64,000 nucleotides of DNA from Longimicrobiales bacterium (lineage in GTDB: Bacteria; Gemmatimonadota; Gemmatimonadetes; Longimicrobiales; Gaopeijiaceae), in contig CBDBCF010000002.1 of the NCBI GenBank assembly GCA_965202985.1, positions 160,001 through 224,000 of the forward strand. Direction: 5' to 3'. This document shows positions 27,069 through 37,155 of the stretch, in pieces (position 1 is the stretch's first letter; each line of letters opens with the position of its first letter). The position numbers and the translations under genes are program-made. The notes under the pieces are model-generated. The model saw only the letters and a program-made list of their open reading frames with translations, made no database searches and had not been told where the DNA came from.

Positions 27069-28000
27069 GACGCATCGCCCCAGTCGTAGAACCCTCGGCC
27101 CGACTTCTTGCCCAGCCGGCCCTCGGCCACCATGCGTTCGAGCAGCGCCGGCGGACGAAACGCCTCCGACCCCAGCTTCTCGTGCAGGTAGCGCGCGATA
27201 TCCAGCCGCACGTCGAGTCCCACCAGGTCCGTGAGGCGCAACGGTCCCATCGGGTGGCGGTACCCCAGGGTCATGGCCTTGTCGATGTCCTCGGGCGACG
27301 CCACCCCCGCCTCCACCATGCGGATCGCCTCCATCCCCAGGACGATCCCCAGCCGCGACGACGCGAAGCCGGGCGAGTCGGCCACGACGACGGGCTCCTT
27401 GCCCAGCCCCCGGACGAAGCCGACCGCCCGCTCTGCGACCTCCGCAGACGTGCGCTCGCCCTTCACGACCTCCACAAGGGCCATGACGTGGACGGGGTTG
27501 AAGAAGTGAAGCCCCAGGAACCGCTCCGGGGCCGGGAGGTCGGCGCCGATCTCGTCGATCGACAGGGACGACGTGTTCGTGGCGAGGATCGCGTCTTGCG
27601 CCGCCAGCCCCGCGACTTGGCCGAGCAGGTCCGCCTTGAGCGACAGGATTTCGGGCACCGCTTCGACGACCAGGTCCGCGCCGTCCACGGCGGCGTCCAA
27701 CATCGGGACCGCCGCCAAGCGACCAAGCGCCCCGGCCCGCACGGAAGCGTCCACCTTCCCCAGGCGCACGCCCTTGTCCAGGTTCGCGGCGACTCGCGCC
27801 ATGGCTGCCTCCAGCGGACCGCTCGCCATGTCGTGCAGGGCCACGAGATGGCCGGCCATCGCCGCCACCTGCGCGATCCCGTGGCCCATCACCCCCGCGC
27901 CGACGACGGCGACCTTGCGGAGCCCCGCACCACCGCCCCCCGCCTCCGCGACCTTGCCGTACCGCGTGCCTTCGCGCTCCCGGCGCTCGCCGGCCGTCAT
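27065..28000 (-). CDS. 3-hydroxyacyl/3-hydroxybutyryl-CoA dehydrogenase (PaaH-like)
   Basis: VVGAGVMGHGIA Rossmann motif, EAVPE, NTSSL, LHFFNP, HPMGPL. Confidence 0.92.
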   Translation of the reverse strand: MTAGERREREGTRYGKVAEAGGGGAGLRKVAVVGAGVMGHGIAQVAAMAGHLVALHDMASGPLEAAMARVAANLDKGVRLGKVDASVRAGALGRLAAVPMLDAAVDGADLVVEAVPEILSLKADLLGQVAGLAAQDAILATNTSSLSIDEIGADLPAPERFLGLHFFNPVHVMALVEVVKGERTSAEVAERAVGFVRGLGKEPVVVADSPGFASSRLGIVLGMEAIRMVEAGVASPEDIDKAMTLGYRHPMGPLRLTDLVGLDVRLDIARYLHEKLGSEAFRPPALLERMVAEGRLGKKSGRGFYDWGDAS

Positions 28001-29229
28001 CGCCCCTCCACCACGGCCGCAACCCCCTGTCCCACGCCGACGCACATCGCCGCAAGCCCCAGCCCGGCGCCCCGGCGCGTCATCTCGTGCACCAGCGTAA
28101 CCAGAATCCGCGCGCCCGAGCACCCCACCGGGTGCCCCAGCGCGATGGCCCCGCCGTTCACGTTCACCGTCTCGGGGTCGAGGCCGATCTCCCGCACGCA
28201 GGGAACCGCCTGCGCCGCGAACGCCTCGTTGATCTCGGCCAAGTCCAGGTCGCCGGCCTTCGCCCCCGCCCGCTCCAGGCAGGCGCGCGTCGCTGGCACC
28301 GGGCCGATGCCCATGCGTTGGGGCGCCACCCCGGCCACCGCCGTCGCGCGGACGGCGGCCAGCGGCTTCAGTCCCAGCGCCCGCGCCGCCCCGGACTCCA
28401 CCACCAACAGCGCCGCGGCCCCGTCGTTGATCCCGGACGAGTTGCCCGCGGTCACCGTGCCGCCTTCCTCGAACACGGGGCGCAGGCGGGCCAAGGACTC
28501 CGCCGTGGTGCCGGGACGGGGGTGCTCGTCCTTGTCCACCCGGTCCGATCCCGGATCGCCGCCGCTCCTCCGCGCCCGACCCGCCGGCGCTGGCGCCGAC
28601 ACCGGCACGATCTCGGCGTCGAAGCGCCCGGCCTCGACCGCCGCCGCCGCCTTCCGCTGGCTGGCCAGGGCGAAGTCGTCCTGCTCCTGCCTGGACACGC
28701 CGTGCTCGCGGGCCACGAGCTCCGCCGTTCCCCCCAGGCTCATCGTCCACTCGGGCGAGAAGCGCGGGTTCGGAAACCGCCAACCCAGCACCGTGTCGGC
28801 TGTCCGCGGCGTTCCCCGCGCGTAGGCCCGCTCGGGCTTGAGCATCACGTAGGGCGCCCGGCTCATCGACTCGACGCCGCCGGCCACGAACGCCGCCCCC
28901 TCACCCGCCCGGACGGCGTGCGCCGCCGCCGCCACGGCCTGCATCCCCGAGCCGCAAAGCCGGTTCACGGTCTGACCGGGCACCTCCACGGGCACGCCGG
29001 CGCGCAACAGCGCCATCCGGGCCACGTTTCGGTTGTCTTCGCCGGCTTGGTTGGTGCAGCCGAAGATCACGTCGTCCAGCCGGTCCGGGGGCAGGGAAGG
29101 GTTGCGCTCCAACAGCGCCCGAACGCACACCGCCGCTAGGTCGTCGGGCCGCACCGACGCCAACGCGCCCCCGTGGCGGCCGATCGGCGTCCGCACGGCG
29201 TCGACGATCCACGCTTCGCCCCGCGACAT
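27997..29229 (-). CDS. Thiolase (3-oxoadipyl-CoA thiolase, PaaJ/PcaF-like)
   Basis: VRTPIG, QAGEDNRNVARMA, NRLCGSG, NEAFAAQ, GGAIALGHP, AMCVGVGQG. Confidence 0.92.
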   Translation of the reverse strand: MSRGEAWIVDAVRTPIGRHGGALASVRPDDLAAVCVRALLERNPSLPPDRLDDVIFGCTNQAGEDNRNVARMALLRAGVPVEVPGQTVNRLCGSGMQAVAAAAHAVRAGEGAAFVAGGVESMSRAPYVMLKPERAYARGTPRTADTVLGWRFPNPRFSPEWTMSLGGTAELVAREHGVSRQEQDDFALASQRKAAAAVEAGRFDAEIVPVSAPAPAGRARRSGGDPGSDRVDKDEHPRPGTTAESLARLRPVFEEGGTVTAGNSSGINDGAAALLVVESGAARALGLKPLAAVRATAVAGVAPQRMGIGPVPATRACLERAGAKAGDLDLAEINEAFAAQAVPCVREIGLDPETVNVNGGAIALGHPVGCSGARILVTLVHEMTRRGAGLGLAAMCVGVGQGVAAVVEGR

Positions 29230-29243
29230 CGCGCCCGTGCCCG

Positions 29244-30779
29244 CTACCCGTCCATGGCGACCCAGACGCTCTTCAGCTGCGTGTACTTCTCCAGCGCCGA
29301 ATGGAAGCCCAAGTCGCGTCCGAAGCCGCTCTCCTTGTATCCGCCGAAGGGAGAGGCCGGGGCGTACTGGTTGTATGTGTTGATCCAGACGGTGCCGGCG
29401 TCCACGGCCGCGGCGATGCGATGCGCCTTGCCCACGTCCCGCGTCCACACGCCGGCGGCCAGTCCGTAGCAGGAGTCGTTGGCCTTGGCCACGGCGTCGT
29501 CCACGTCCTCGAAGCGGATCACCGAGGCCACCGGCCCGAAGATCTCTTCGCGGGCGATCGCCATCTCCGGCGCCACCTCGCTGAACACCGTCGCGCCGAC
29601 GAAGTTGCCGCGCCCGTTCACCGTCTGCCGCTCGCCGCCGGCCACCAGCTTGGCGCCGTCGCGTCGCCCGCTCTCGACGTAGCCCATCACGCGCTCCAAC
29701 TGCGCCTCGCTCACGATGGCGCCCAGGCGCGTGGTCGGGTCCATGGGGTCGCCGACCGGGGTTCGCTCCGCCCGCGCCGCCAAGCTCTCCACGAAGCGGT
29801 CGTGGACCGACGCCTCGACCAAAATGCGGCTGCCCGCCGCGCACACTTCGCCCTTGCCGTAGAAGACGCCCGTGGACGCCCCCTTCACGGCTTGGTCCAG
29901 GTCGGCGTCGGCGAAGACGATGTTGGGCGACTTTCCGCCCAGCTCCAGCGACACCTTCTTCAGGGTTGCGGCGGCCTCGCGCATGACGATCCGCCCGGTC
30001 TCCGTGGAGCCGGTGAACGAGATCGCGTCCACGCCGGGATGGCGCACCAGCGCCGCGCCTGCAACCTCGCCGAACCCCGGCGCCACGTTCAGCACGCCCG
30101 GCGGGAAGCCCGCCTCCGCTGCCAGTTCGCCGAAGCGGAGCGCCGTCAGGGGGGTCTCTTCGGCCGGCTTGAGCACCACCGTGTTGCCGCAGGCCAGCGC
30201 GGGTGCCGCCTTCCACGCCGCCATCGACAGGGGGAAGTTCCATGGAACGATCGCCCCCACCACGCCCACCGGCTCGCGCAACGTGTAGTTGAGGAATGGA
30301 CCCGGGACGGGGATCGTGTCGCCCTGCACCTTGTCCGCCAGTCCGGCGTAGTAGCGCAAGGTGAGCGCCGCCGAGGGCACGTCGATCTTTCGCGACTCGA
30401 AGTAGGGCTTGCCGTTGTCCTGCGTCTCCAGGAGCGCAAGTTCGTCCGCGTTGGCGTCCAGCAGGTCGGCCAGCCGCCAGAGCAGGCGGGACCGCTTCTG
30501 GGGTGCCATCCGCCGCCACGCCTTGCCGCCGAACGCCGCTCGGGCGGCCTCCACGGCCAAGTCCACGTCCTCTTCGCGGGCCTCGGCCACGTGGGCCAGC
30601 ACTTCGCCGGTGGCGGGGTTCGTGGTGGCGAAGGTGTTCCCGGCGCGGGCGTCGCGCCATTCGTTCCCGATCCACAGGCGCGTCCGCAGGGCGGCGCTTC
30701 CTTCGCCGGTGGCTGCCTGGGCTCCCCGGGAAGCTGCTGGGCCCCCGCCGGAAGCCGCTTGTGCCGCGGCCGTCGCCAT
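29244..30779 (-). CDS. NAD-dependent aldehyde dehydrogenase
   Basis: IVPWNFP, FTGSTETG, LELGGKSP, GEVCAAGSR, EEIFGPV, PFGGYKESG. Confidence 0.93.
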   Translation of the reverse strand: MATAAAQAASGGGPAASRGAQAATGEGSAALRTRLWIGNEWRDARAGNTFATTNPATGEVLAHVAEAREEDVDLAVEAARAAFGGKAWRRMAPQKRSRLLWRLADLLDANADELALLETQDNGKPYFESRKIDVPSAALTLRYYAGLADKVQGDTIPVPGPFLNYTLREPVGVVGAIVPWNFPLSMAAWKAAPALACGNTVVLKPAEETPLTALRFGELAAEAGFPPGVLNVAPGFGEVAGAALVRHPGVDAISFTGSTETGRIVMREAAATLKKVSLELGGKSPNIVFADADLDQAVKGASTGVFYGKGEVCAAGSRILVEASVHDRFVESLAARAERTPVGDPMDPTTRLGAIVSEAQLERVMGYVESGRRDGAKLVAGGERQTVNGRGNFVGATVFSEVAPEMAIAREEIFGPVASVIRFEDVDDAVAKANDSCYGLAAGVWTRDVGKAHRIAAAVDAGTVWINTYNQYAPASPFGGYKESGFGRDLGFHSALEKYTQLKSVWVAMDG

Positions 30780-30784
30780 CGGCG

Positions 30785-31594
30785 TCAGCTCCCCTTGAAG
30801 GCGGGCTTCCGTTTCTCCACGTAGGCGTCCAGCCCCTCGCGCGCGTCGCCGCTGGCGAAGAGCTGCTGCTGAAGCTCGCGCTCCAACGCCAGAGCGGTCT
30901 CGAAGGGCACCTCGGCGCCGGTCTGCACGGAGCGCTTGATCGCGCCCACGGCCTTGGACGCCCTGGCCGGCGGACAGAAGCCCCCGGCGTACTCCAGGAC
31001 CCGGGCCATGAAGGCGTCGTGGCTCTCGGTTTCCCAGACTTCGTGGACGATCCCCAGCTCCTTGGCCTCGTCGAAGCCGAAGGTGCGGCCCGTCGCCATG
31101 AGTTCGATGGACTTCGCCTTGCCCACCAGGCGGGCCAGCCGCTGCGTGCCGCCGGTGCCGGGAAGCACGCCCAGGTTGACCTCGGGCAGCCCGGCCTTGG
31201 CGCGCCCCGCCCGCGCGACCCGGATGTCGGCCGCCATCGCCACCTCGAGTCCCCCGCCGACGGTGTGCCCGTTCAGGGCCGCCACCACCAGCTTGGGCGT
31301 GTGCTCCAGCCGGTTGAGCGTCTCGTTGGCGTGAAGGCAGAAGTGGTACTTGAAGCCCGTCGTGACGCGGGCCAGCATCGCGATGTCGGCCCCGGCGCAG
31401 AAGAACTTGTCCCCGGCCCCCGTCACCACGACGACGTGGACCGCGTCGTCGAAGCGCGCCTTCAAGACGGCTTCGTCGAGCTGGCGCATCATCTCGTGGG
31501 TGTAGGTGTTGGCGGGCGGATCGTCCAAGGTCAGGACGGCGACGCCGTCTTGGGTCTCGTAGCGAACCAGAGTCTTGCCGGAGCTGTCGGACAT
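30785..31594 (-). CDS. Enoyl-CoA hydratase/isomerase family protein
   Basis: FFCAGADI, GGGLEVAMAAD, LPEVNLGVLPGTGGTQRL. Alternative start at 31621. Confidence 0.9.
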   Translation of the reverse strand: MSDSSGKTLVRYETQDGVAVLTLDDPPANTYTHEMMRQLDEAVLKARFDDAVHVVVVTGAGDKFFCAGADIAMLARVTTGFKYHFCLHANETLNRLEHTPKLVVAALNGHTVGGGLEVAMAADIRVARAGRAKAGLPEVNLGVLPGTGGTQRLARLVGKAKSIELMATGRTFGFDEAKELGIVHEVWETESHDAFMARVLEYAGGFCPPARASKAVGAIKRSVQTGAEVPFETALALERELQQQLFASGDAREGLDAYVEKRKPAFKGS

Positions 31595-31805
31595 CGGCGG
31601 CCTCGGGGGGTGAAGGTTCATGGCTTGGAAGCGCCCGAAAGATAATGTGAGCGGAGCCGAACGACGCCCGAGTCCGGCGGCGGGTCCGACGACGGTCCGG
31701 CGACGTGGATTGCGACCGGGCGCGGGTTGGGCGGGCGGGGCGCGTCTCTTTGGCGTAGATTGATTTCGGGCGCGGATGCGTAGTTGACCAGAGGAGGTTC
31801 GTCGA

Positions 31806-33245
31806 ATGTTCAGCAAGCGAAAGGGAACGCCGGCCGCCCTGGGCGGAACGCTGGTCGCCCTGGCCTTGGCCCTGGTCGCGCCGGCCGTGGCGGTGGTCGA
31901 CGCCGTGGAGGGCCAGGACGACGCGACGCCGACGGTGGTGCGCGTGCCGGTGGACGGGACGGTGGAGATGGGGCTGGCCCCGTTCATCGAGCGAGCGCTG
32001 GAAGAGGCCGCCGCCGAGGGTGCTCGGGCCGTGGTCTTGGAGATCGAGACGCCGGGGGGGCGAGTGGACGCCGCGGAGCGGATCGTGGGCGCCGTGAGCC
32101 GCTCGTCCGTGCCCGTATACGCCTACGTGAACATGTACGCCTATTCGGCCGGGGCCATGATCGCCCTGGCGGCCGAGCAGGTCTTCATGCGGACGGGCGC
32201 CGTGATGGGGGCCGCCACGCCGGTCGACGGCCAGGGAACCAAGGCGTCCGAGAAGGTCGTCTCGGCGATGCGGGGCCGGATGCGGGCGCTGGCCGAGGCG
32301 CGCGGACTGGACCCCCGAGTGGCCGAGGCGATGGTGGACGAGGAGCTGGCCATCGACGAGGTGGTGGAAGAGGGCAAGCTCCTGACGCTGACCACCGAGG
32401 AGGCCGTGGAGCTGGGGTACGCCGTCGCGGTGGCGGACTGGGACGACGTGATGGGCGAGATCGGGCTGGGAGCGGCGGGGCCGGCCGGAGCGGGAGCGGT
32501 CGCCGGCGGCGACGGACCCGGGGCCGTGACGGTCGTGGACGCCCGCGTGAACTGGGCGGAGCGGCTGGTGCGCTTCTTCACCAGTCCGGTGATCGCGCCG
32601 TTCCTGTTGTCGCTGGGGTTCCTGGGGCTGATCGTGGAGATCAAGACGGCAGGGTTCGGCTTGGCGGGCGCCGCCGGGCTCCTGTCGCTGGCGCTCTTCT
32701 TCGGGGCGCACCTGCTGGTGGGGTTGGCCGGCGCCGAGGACCTGATCCTGGTCGGCGTGGGGGTGGTCCTGGTGCTGGTCGAGATACTGGTCGTGCCGGG
32801 CTTCGGGATCGCCGGCATCGCCGGGGGGGTGGCGCTCGTCGGCGGACTCTTCATGACCCAGATCGGCAGCCTGCCCACGCAGCAGGACTTCACGCGGGCG
32901 GCCGCGGTCCTGAGCACCACGGTCGTGCTGGTCGTCCTGACCACGTGGGCGTTTCTGCGGACCTTGCCGCGCAACTGGCGCCTGCGCCGAAGCGGCGTGC
33001 TGCTGCCCGAGTCCACCGACCGGGACGAGGGGTACATCTCCGCAAGCGTTCGGCCCGACTTGGAGGGCGCGCGCGGCGTGGCGATCACCGCGCTCCGCCC
33101 CGCCGGGATGGGCCTCTTCGGCGACGAACGAGTGGACGTGGTGTCCGAAAGCGAGTGGATCGAAGAGGGCACGCCGATCCGAATCCTCAGCGCCGAGGGC
33201 TACCGTCACATCGTGCGCGCCGTGAAGTCCCATCAGGCGGAGTAG
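31806..33245 (+). CDS. nfeD: NfeD family membrane-bound serine protease (YqeZ-like)
   Basis: Signal peptide. ClpP-like ETPGG...AYSAGAMIAL. Transmembrane block. C-terminal OB-fold (GVAITALRPAG...VDVVSE). Confidence 0.92.
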   Translation: MFSKRKGTPAALGGTLVALALALVAPAVAVVDAVEGQDDATPTVVRVPVDGTVEMGLAPFIERALEEAAAEGARAVVLEIETPGGRVDAAERIVGAVSRSSVPVYAYVNMYAYSAGAMIALAAEQVFMRTGAVMGAATPVDGQGTKASEKVVSAMRGRMRALAEARGLDPRVAEAMVDEELAIDEVVEEGKLLTLTTEEAVELGYAVAVADWDDVMGEIGLGAAGPAGAGAVAGGDGPGAVTVVDARVNWAERLVRFFTSPVIAPFLLSLGFLGLIVEIKTAGFGLAGAAGLLSLALFFGAHLLVGLAGAEDLILVGVGVVLVLVEILVVPGFGIAGIAGGVALVGGLFMTQIGSLPTQQDFTRAAAVLSTTVVLVVLTTWAFLRTLPRNWRLRRSGVLLPESTDRDEGYISASVRPDLEGARGVAITALRPAGMGLFGDERVDVVSESEWIEEGTPIRILSAEGYRHIVRAVKSHQAE

Positions 33246-33339
33246 CTTGATTCCACCCGAGGCCGCCGTCGCGCGCTCACGGAGTCGGCCCTAACGAGGT
33301 CCGGCCCCGCACACCTTCCCAAAACGGAACCGCAACCAA

Positions 33340-34329
33340 ATGAACGAGACTCTCCTTTTCCTGGCCGTCCCCGCGCTCCTGGTCGTGGCGATCATGATCC
33401 TGGGCTGGGCCATCCCCGTTCGCCTGTGGATCGAAGCCACCTTCTCCGGCGTGCGCCTGGGGCTGGGCAGCTTGGTGGGAATGCGCCTGCGCAAGGTCAG
33501 CCCGCCCGCCGTGGTGCGGCCCTTGATCGCGTCCACCAAGGCCGGCTTGCCCCTGGACGTGTCGCATCTGGAGGCCCACTACTTGGCCGGCGGCGACGTG
33601 GACCGGGTGGTGCGCGCGCTGATCAGCGCCGACAAGGCCAACATCGAGCTTCCCTTCCAGCAGGCGGCGGCGATCGACTTGGCGGGCCGGGAAGTCTTCG
33701 AGGCCGTGCAGGTCTCGGTGAACCCGAAGGTCGTGCAGACGCCGCGGGTGGCAGCGATGGCCAAGGACGGCATCCAGCTGATCGCCGTGGCGCGGGTCAC
33801 CGTGCGGGCCAACATCAATCGGTTGGTCGGCGGCGCCGGAGAGGAGACGATTCTGGCGCGCGTGGGCGAGGGGATCGTGTCCACGATCGGGTCCGCCGAC
33901 ACGCACAAGGCGGTTCTGGAGAACCCGGACGCGATCTCCAAGACCGTGTTGCAGAAGGGGTTGGACTCGGGGACCGCCTTCGAGATTCTGTCGATCGACA
34001 TCGCCGACGTGGACGTGGGGAAGAACATCGGCGCCGAGCTGCAGACCGACCAGGCCGAGGCCGACAAGCGGGTCGCCCAGGCGCGAGCCGAGGAGCGCCG
34101 CGCCATGGCGATGGCCAAGGAGCAGGAGATGAAGGCCAAGGTCGAGGAGATGCGGGCCGAGGTCGTGGCGGCGGAGGCGAAGGTCCCGCTTGCGATGGCC
34201 GACGCCTTCCGCAGCGGCAACCTGGGCGTCATGGACTACGCCAAGTACCGCAACGTGGAGTCGGACACCCACATGCGCCGCGCGATTGCCACCGGCGACC
34301 CGGACGCGCCCTCCGAATCCGAGTCCTAG
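33340..34329 (+). CDS. floA: Flotillin-like protein FloA (YqfA/SigmaW regulon family)
   Basis: [56 protein letters not shown]. Follows nfeD. Confidence 0.95.
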   Translation: MNETLLFLAVPALLVVAIMILGWAIPVRLWIEATFSGVRLGLGSLVGMRLRKVSPPAVVRPLIASTKAGLPLDVSHLEAHYLAGGDVDRVVRALISADKANIELPFQQAAAIDLAGREVFEAVQVSVNPKVVQTPRVAAMAKDGIQLIAVARVTVRANINRLVGGAGEETILARVGEGIVSTIGSADTHKAVLENPDAISKTVLQKGLDSGTAFEILSIDIADVDVGKNIGAELQTDQAEADKRVAQARAEERRAMAMAKEQEMKAKVEEMRAEVVAAEAKVPLAMADAFRSGNLGVMDYAKYRNVESDTHMRRAIATGDPDAPSESES

Positions 34330-34371
34330 TCGAGCCGAACGCCGAGCCCGCCAGCCGAACGGAGCCGCCCC

Positions 34372-37155
34372 GTGGACCTCCAGATCCTGGTCATCGTCGT
34401 TGTCGTGGTCCTGTCGATCCTGGACGCGGTGATGAAGAAGGCCAAGAAGCGCGGGCTGGAGCTGCCCCAGAGCGACGAGCCGGCGGCCACTTCGGAGGTG
34501 GAGCAGGGGCACCCGCCACCTGTGCCCGGCCCGGACGCGGCGTCGCGGCCCTCCACGGCCGGCCCTCCGTCGGCGGGAAGGCGCCAGTCGGCGTTGGACA
34601 TCCTGGTCCCGCCGGAGATACGAAAGGAGCTGGAGGACTTGGTCTCGGGCGGGGGGCCGAGGGCCGGGCAAACGACGTCTCCGCCGACGCAGGCGTCTGG
34701 ATCGGGGGAGCTCTCGGGGACTTCCATGCCGTCGGATCGGCGTTCACTCCCGGCACCTTCCGAGGCGTCTGCGTCGTCCACCGCAGATCCTTCCTGGGAA
34801 AAAGAGGGTTCGCTAGGCGAGTGGCTGGCTCCTGACCACGGCCGCAGCGCGCCACAGGTCGAAGTGCGTTCAAGGGTGCCTCGTCCCTTGAACGTGCATG
34901 CCCCAGAGCCTCGCCCGGAGCGTCGAGCGGTACCGAGCGTGCCCACCACGCCCGGGTCGCCGGCTCGGCCTCACCCCCCACTCGCCAGCAGGCTTGGCTT
35001 CAGCACGATGTCCGACCTGCGACGCAACATCGTTGCGCGAGAGATCCTAGGTGCGCCCGTGGCGCTGCGGGACGACGGCCAATGGCGCGGAGAAGCAGGA
35101 TCCCGGCCCTTGGCGACACCCTTGGTGCCGCCGCCTACTTCTCCAGAACCCCCATCTTCGCCTCCCTCGACGCCCTCCGACCCCCCAACGCCGAAGCCAC
35201 CACAGCCGGAGTCGGAGGACGACAAGACACCGATCTCGGTCGGCGGAAAACGTCGTGACCCTCACAAGCCTTCGGACGAGACACCTGCGAATAGGGAGCG
35301 CCTGTCCGGCTTTCGCAGGCCAGAACTGCGGTGTCGCGAGACCTCCGACTCGCATTGGGAAGTCGTAGTGGACTTACCGAACGCGCCCAGCCTACCCAAG
35401 ATATTGCTTGACGGTCAACAACTGCCGACCTCCGACCGATGCTGTCCGCTTCCCAGCCTTGACCGCAACATCGTTGCGGTGCTGGATGGGGGCAGCACGG
35501 TCGAGCTGCTGACCCCTGGCTTGCCTCTGATCTTCAAAACGGCAAAGCACTGGAAGTCCGGCGGACGGCGCGTTGGTCGAGTCACGCGCGGCTATTTCGT
35601 GGTGATCGTTCCCGAAGGCTGGCGGCGCGAGGGTCCTCCCCCTCCGGTTGCTCCCACGAAGGCTACGGCTCCTGGGTACCAAGCGCATTACGAGTACTGG
35701 GACGGCCGCAGCAACGACCGAGTGCGCTTCGCAGGACACGATCTGCCTATGGCGAACGACATTGAGATTCTCAAAGGTTCAACTCTCTTTGACGATGATC
35801 TGGATCACGGCCCCCTTTTTGTCGGCGACCCGCCGAGATTGACGAATTCGAACGCCTTCGCGTGGGCGATGGTGGGGGAGGAAGGAGTTCCCGACGGTTG
35901 GCGATGCCGCTTCAAGCCGTCGAAACACCAACTGGCCGACCTGCTGGAAGGCCGGGAGGGCTGGTTCTTTGTGCGACTGTACGATGCGAACGTTGCACTC
36001 CAGGCGAGCACCGACTTCCGTTATTCCCGTTGCTTGGCTCAGATCCACGTGAACAACCAAGCCTACTCGGGCACGACGATACTGCTTCCAGCCGAGACTG
36101 GCCACGATCTCACTCGCCTGGCATTTATTGACCGAACGGGCAGTCCAGTCAATCCCTGGTACTCACGCCTCCAGCCTACAGTCGTTGATGCGATTGCGGA
36201 CAAGCATGCTGACGACGTGCGTGTGGAACTAAGGTCGCCAGCCGGCAGAATACCAGTAAGGGTCCAACTGCCCCGACTCTGGTGGCGACTTGTGGGTGAC
36301 GATACCGAGCACGATTGGCAGTCCACCGCATTTCGCTGGGTGCCCCAAGAGTACCATAGACTCGCCGAAATCGGGACAACGATATGTCTAGATATGCCCC
36401 GCCATGTGCCGGATGTCAGCTGTGGCTTCGACGGTGACACCACACGTCGGTATCGTCGATCAAAATCAGGTTACTTCGAGATTCCATTGGACGAGTTCTT
36501 GGATGAACTGGACGACTTCTTCGACGAACATGCACCCCATGTGGAATCCCGAGATCGAATAGCCCTTGGCGTTACCTCTAATCTGGTGTCTCGCAACGTG
36601 CCCATCGTTCACGTACACCGCGAACCTGTCGAGAACGGTCCCATGGACTACAACGAGCCTATGGATATTCCCCGCTCGGAGGACGATGACCATGAATTCG
36701 TAGCTGTCGAGCAGAGACCCCCGCCACCAGATCCCATAACGCAACGAGACTGCGAGGAGTTTCTCGTCTGTCACTGCGACTCCCATGATTTTCACAGTTG
36801 GGAAGAGGCTAGAAGCAATGGCGTTGTGAACATACCGTACTTGACGCGATTCCCGATGGGATTGCCATCACCGGGTTCCCGACTTTGGGTGTGCTTGTCA
36901 GGCAGAGGCTATGTCGGGGTGGGGATCGTTGCCAATCGGAACCGTGGCCAACCCCAGCGTCCGGCGACTAAAGATGGACCGTGGACCACCGAGGTGCCGG
37001 TCGACTGGTACGACACCCTACCCGAGACCAAGATGCTTTTCGGTCCCGAGATTATGCTTGTTTCGGCTGTTGTGCCTATCAGGAACGATGGACCCAAGTG
37101 TCGCGAAACAGTTGAAGCCCTCAAGACAGGGCTCAAGTGGCGCATCGATGCCTGA
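34372..37155 (+). CDS. Chimeric protein: YqfB-like membrane-anchored N-terminus, Pro-rich linker, uncharacterised beta-rich region, putative PUA/EVE-like C-terminus
   Basis: N-terminal TM helix and DLRRNIVAREILGAPVALR, typical of the third gene of nfeD-floA operons. The frame stays open for ~690 more codons of visibly lower-GC sequence. Its stop overlaps the helicase start (ATGCCTGA). Confidence 0.7.
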   Translation: MDLQILVIVVVVVLSILDAVMKKAKKRGLELPQSDEPAATSEVEQGHPPPVPGPDAASRPSTAGPPSAGRRQSALDILVPPEIRKELEDLVSGGGPRAGQTTSPPTQASGSGELSGTSMPSDRRSLPAPSEASASSTADPSWEKEGSLGEWLAPDHGRSAPQVEVRSRVPRPLNVHAPEPRPERRAVPSVPTTPGSPARPHPPLASRLGFSTMSDLRRNIVAREILGAPVALRDDGQWRGEAGSRPLATPLVPPPTSPEPPSSPPSTPSDPPTPKPPQPESEDDKTPISVGGKRRDPHKPSDETPANRERLSGFRRPELRCRETSDSHWEVVVDLPNAPSLPKILLDGQQLPTSDRCCPLPSLDRNIVAVLDGGSTVELLTPGLPLIFKTAKHWKSGGRRVGRVTRGYFVVIVPEGWRREGPPPPVAPTKATAPGYQAHYEYWDGRSNDRVRFAGHDLPMANDIEILKGSTLFDDDLDHGPLFVGDPPRLTNSNAFAWAMVGEEGVPDGWRCRFKPSKHQLADLLEGREGWFFVRLYDANVALQASTDFRYSRCLAQIHVNNQAYSGTTILLPAETGHDLTRLAFIDRTGSPVNPWYSRLQPTVVDAIADKHADDVRVELRSPAGRIPVRVQLPRLWWRLVGDDTEHDWQSTAFRWVPQEYHRLAEIGTTICLDMPRHVPDVSCGFDGDTTRRYRRSKSGYFEIPLDEFLDELDDFFDEHAPHVESRDRIALGVTSNLVSRNVPIVHVHREPVENGPMDYNEPMDIPRSEDDDHEFVAVEQRPPPPDPITQRDCEEFLVCHCDSHDFHSWEEARSNGVVNIPYLTRFPMGLPSPGSRLWVCLSGRGYVGVGIVANRNRGQPQRPATKDGPWTTEVPVDWYDTLPETKMLFGPEIMLVSAVVPIRNDGPKCRETVEALKTGLKWRIDA

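Noticed and set aside
36911..37147. Longer N-terminus for the second helicase
   Set aside because: It overlaps the upstream gene out of frame. ATG 37148 gives a typical coupled start.
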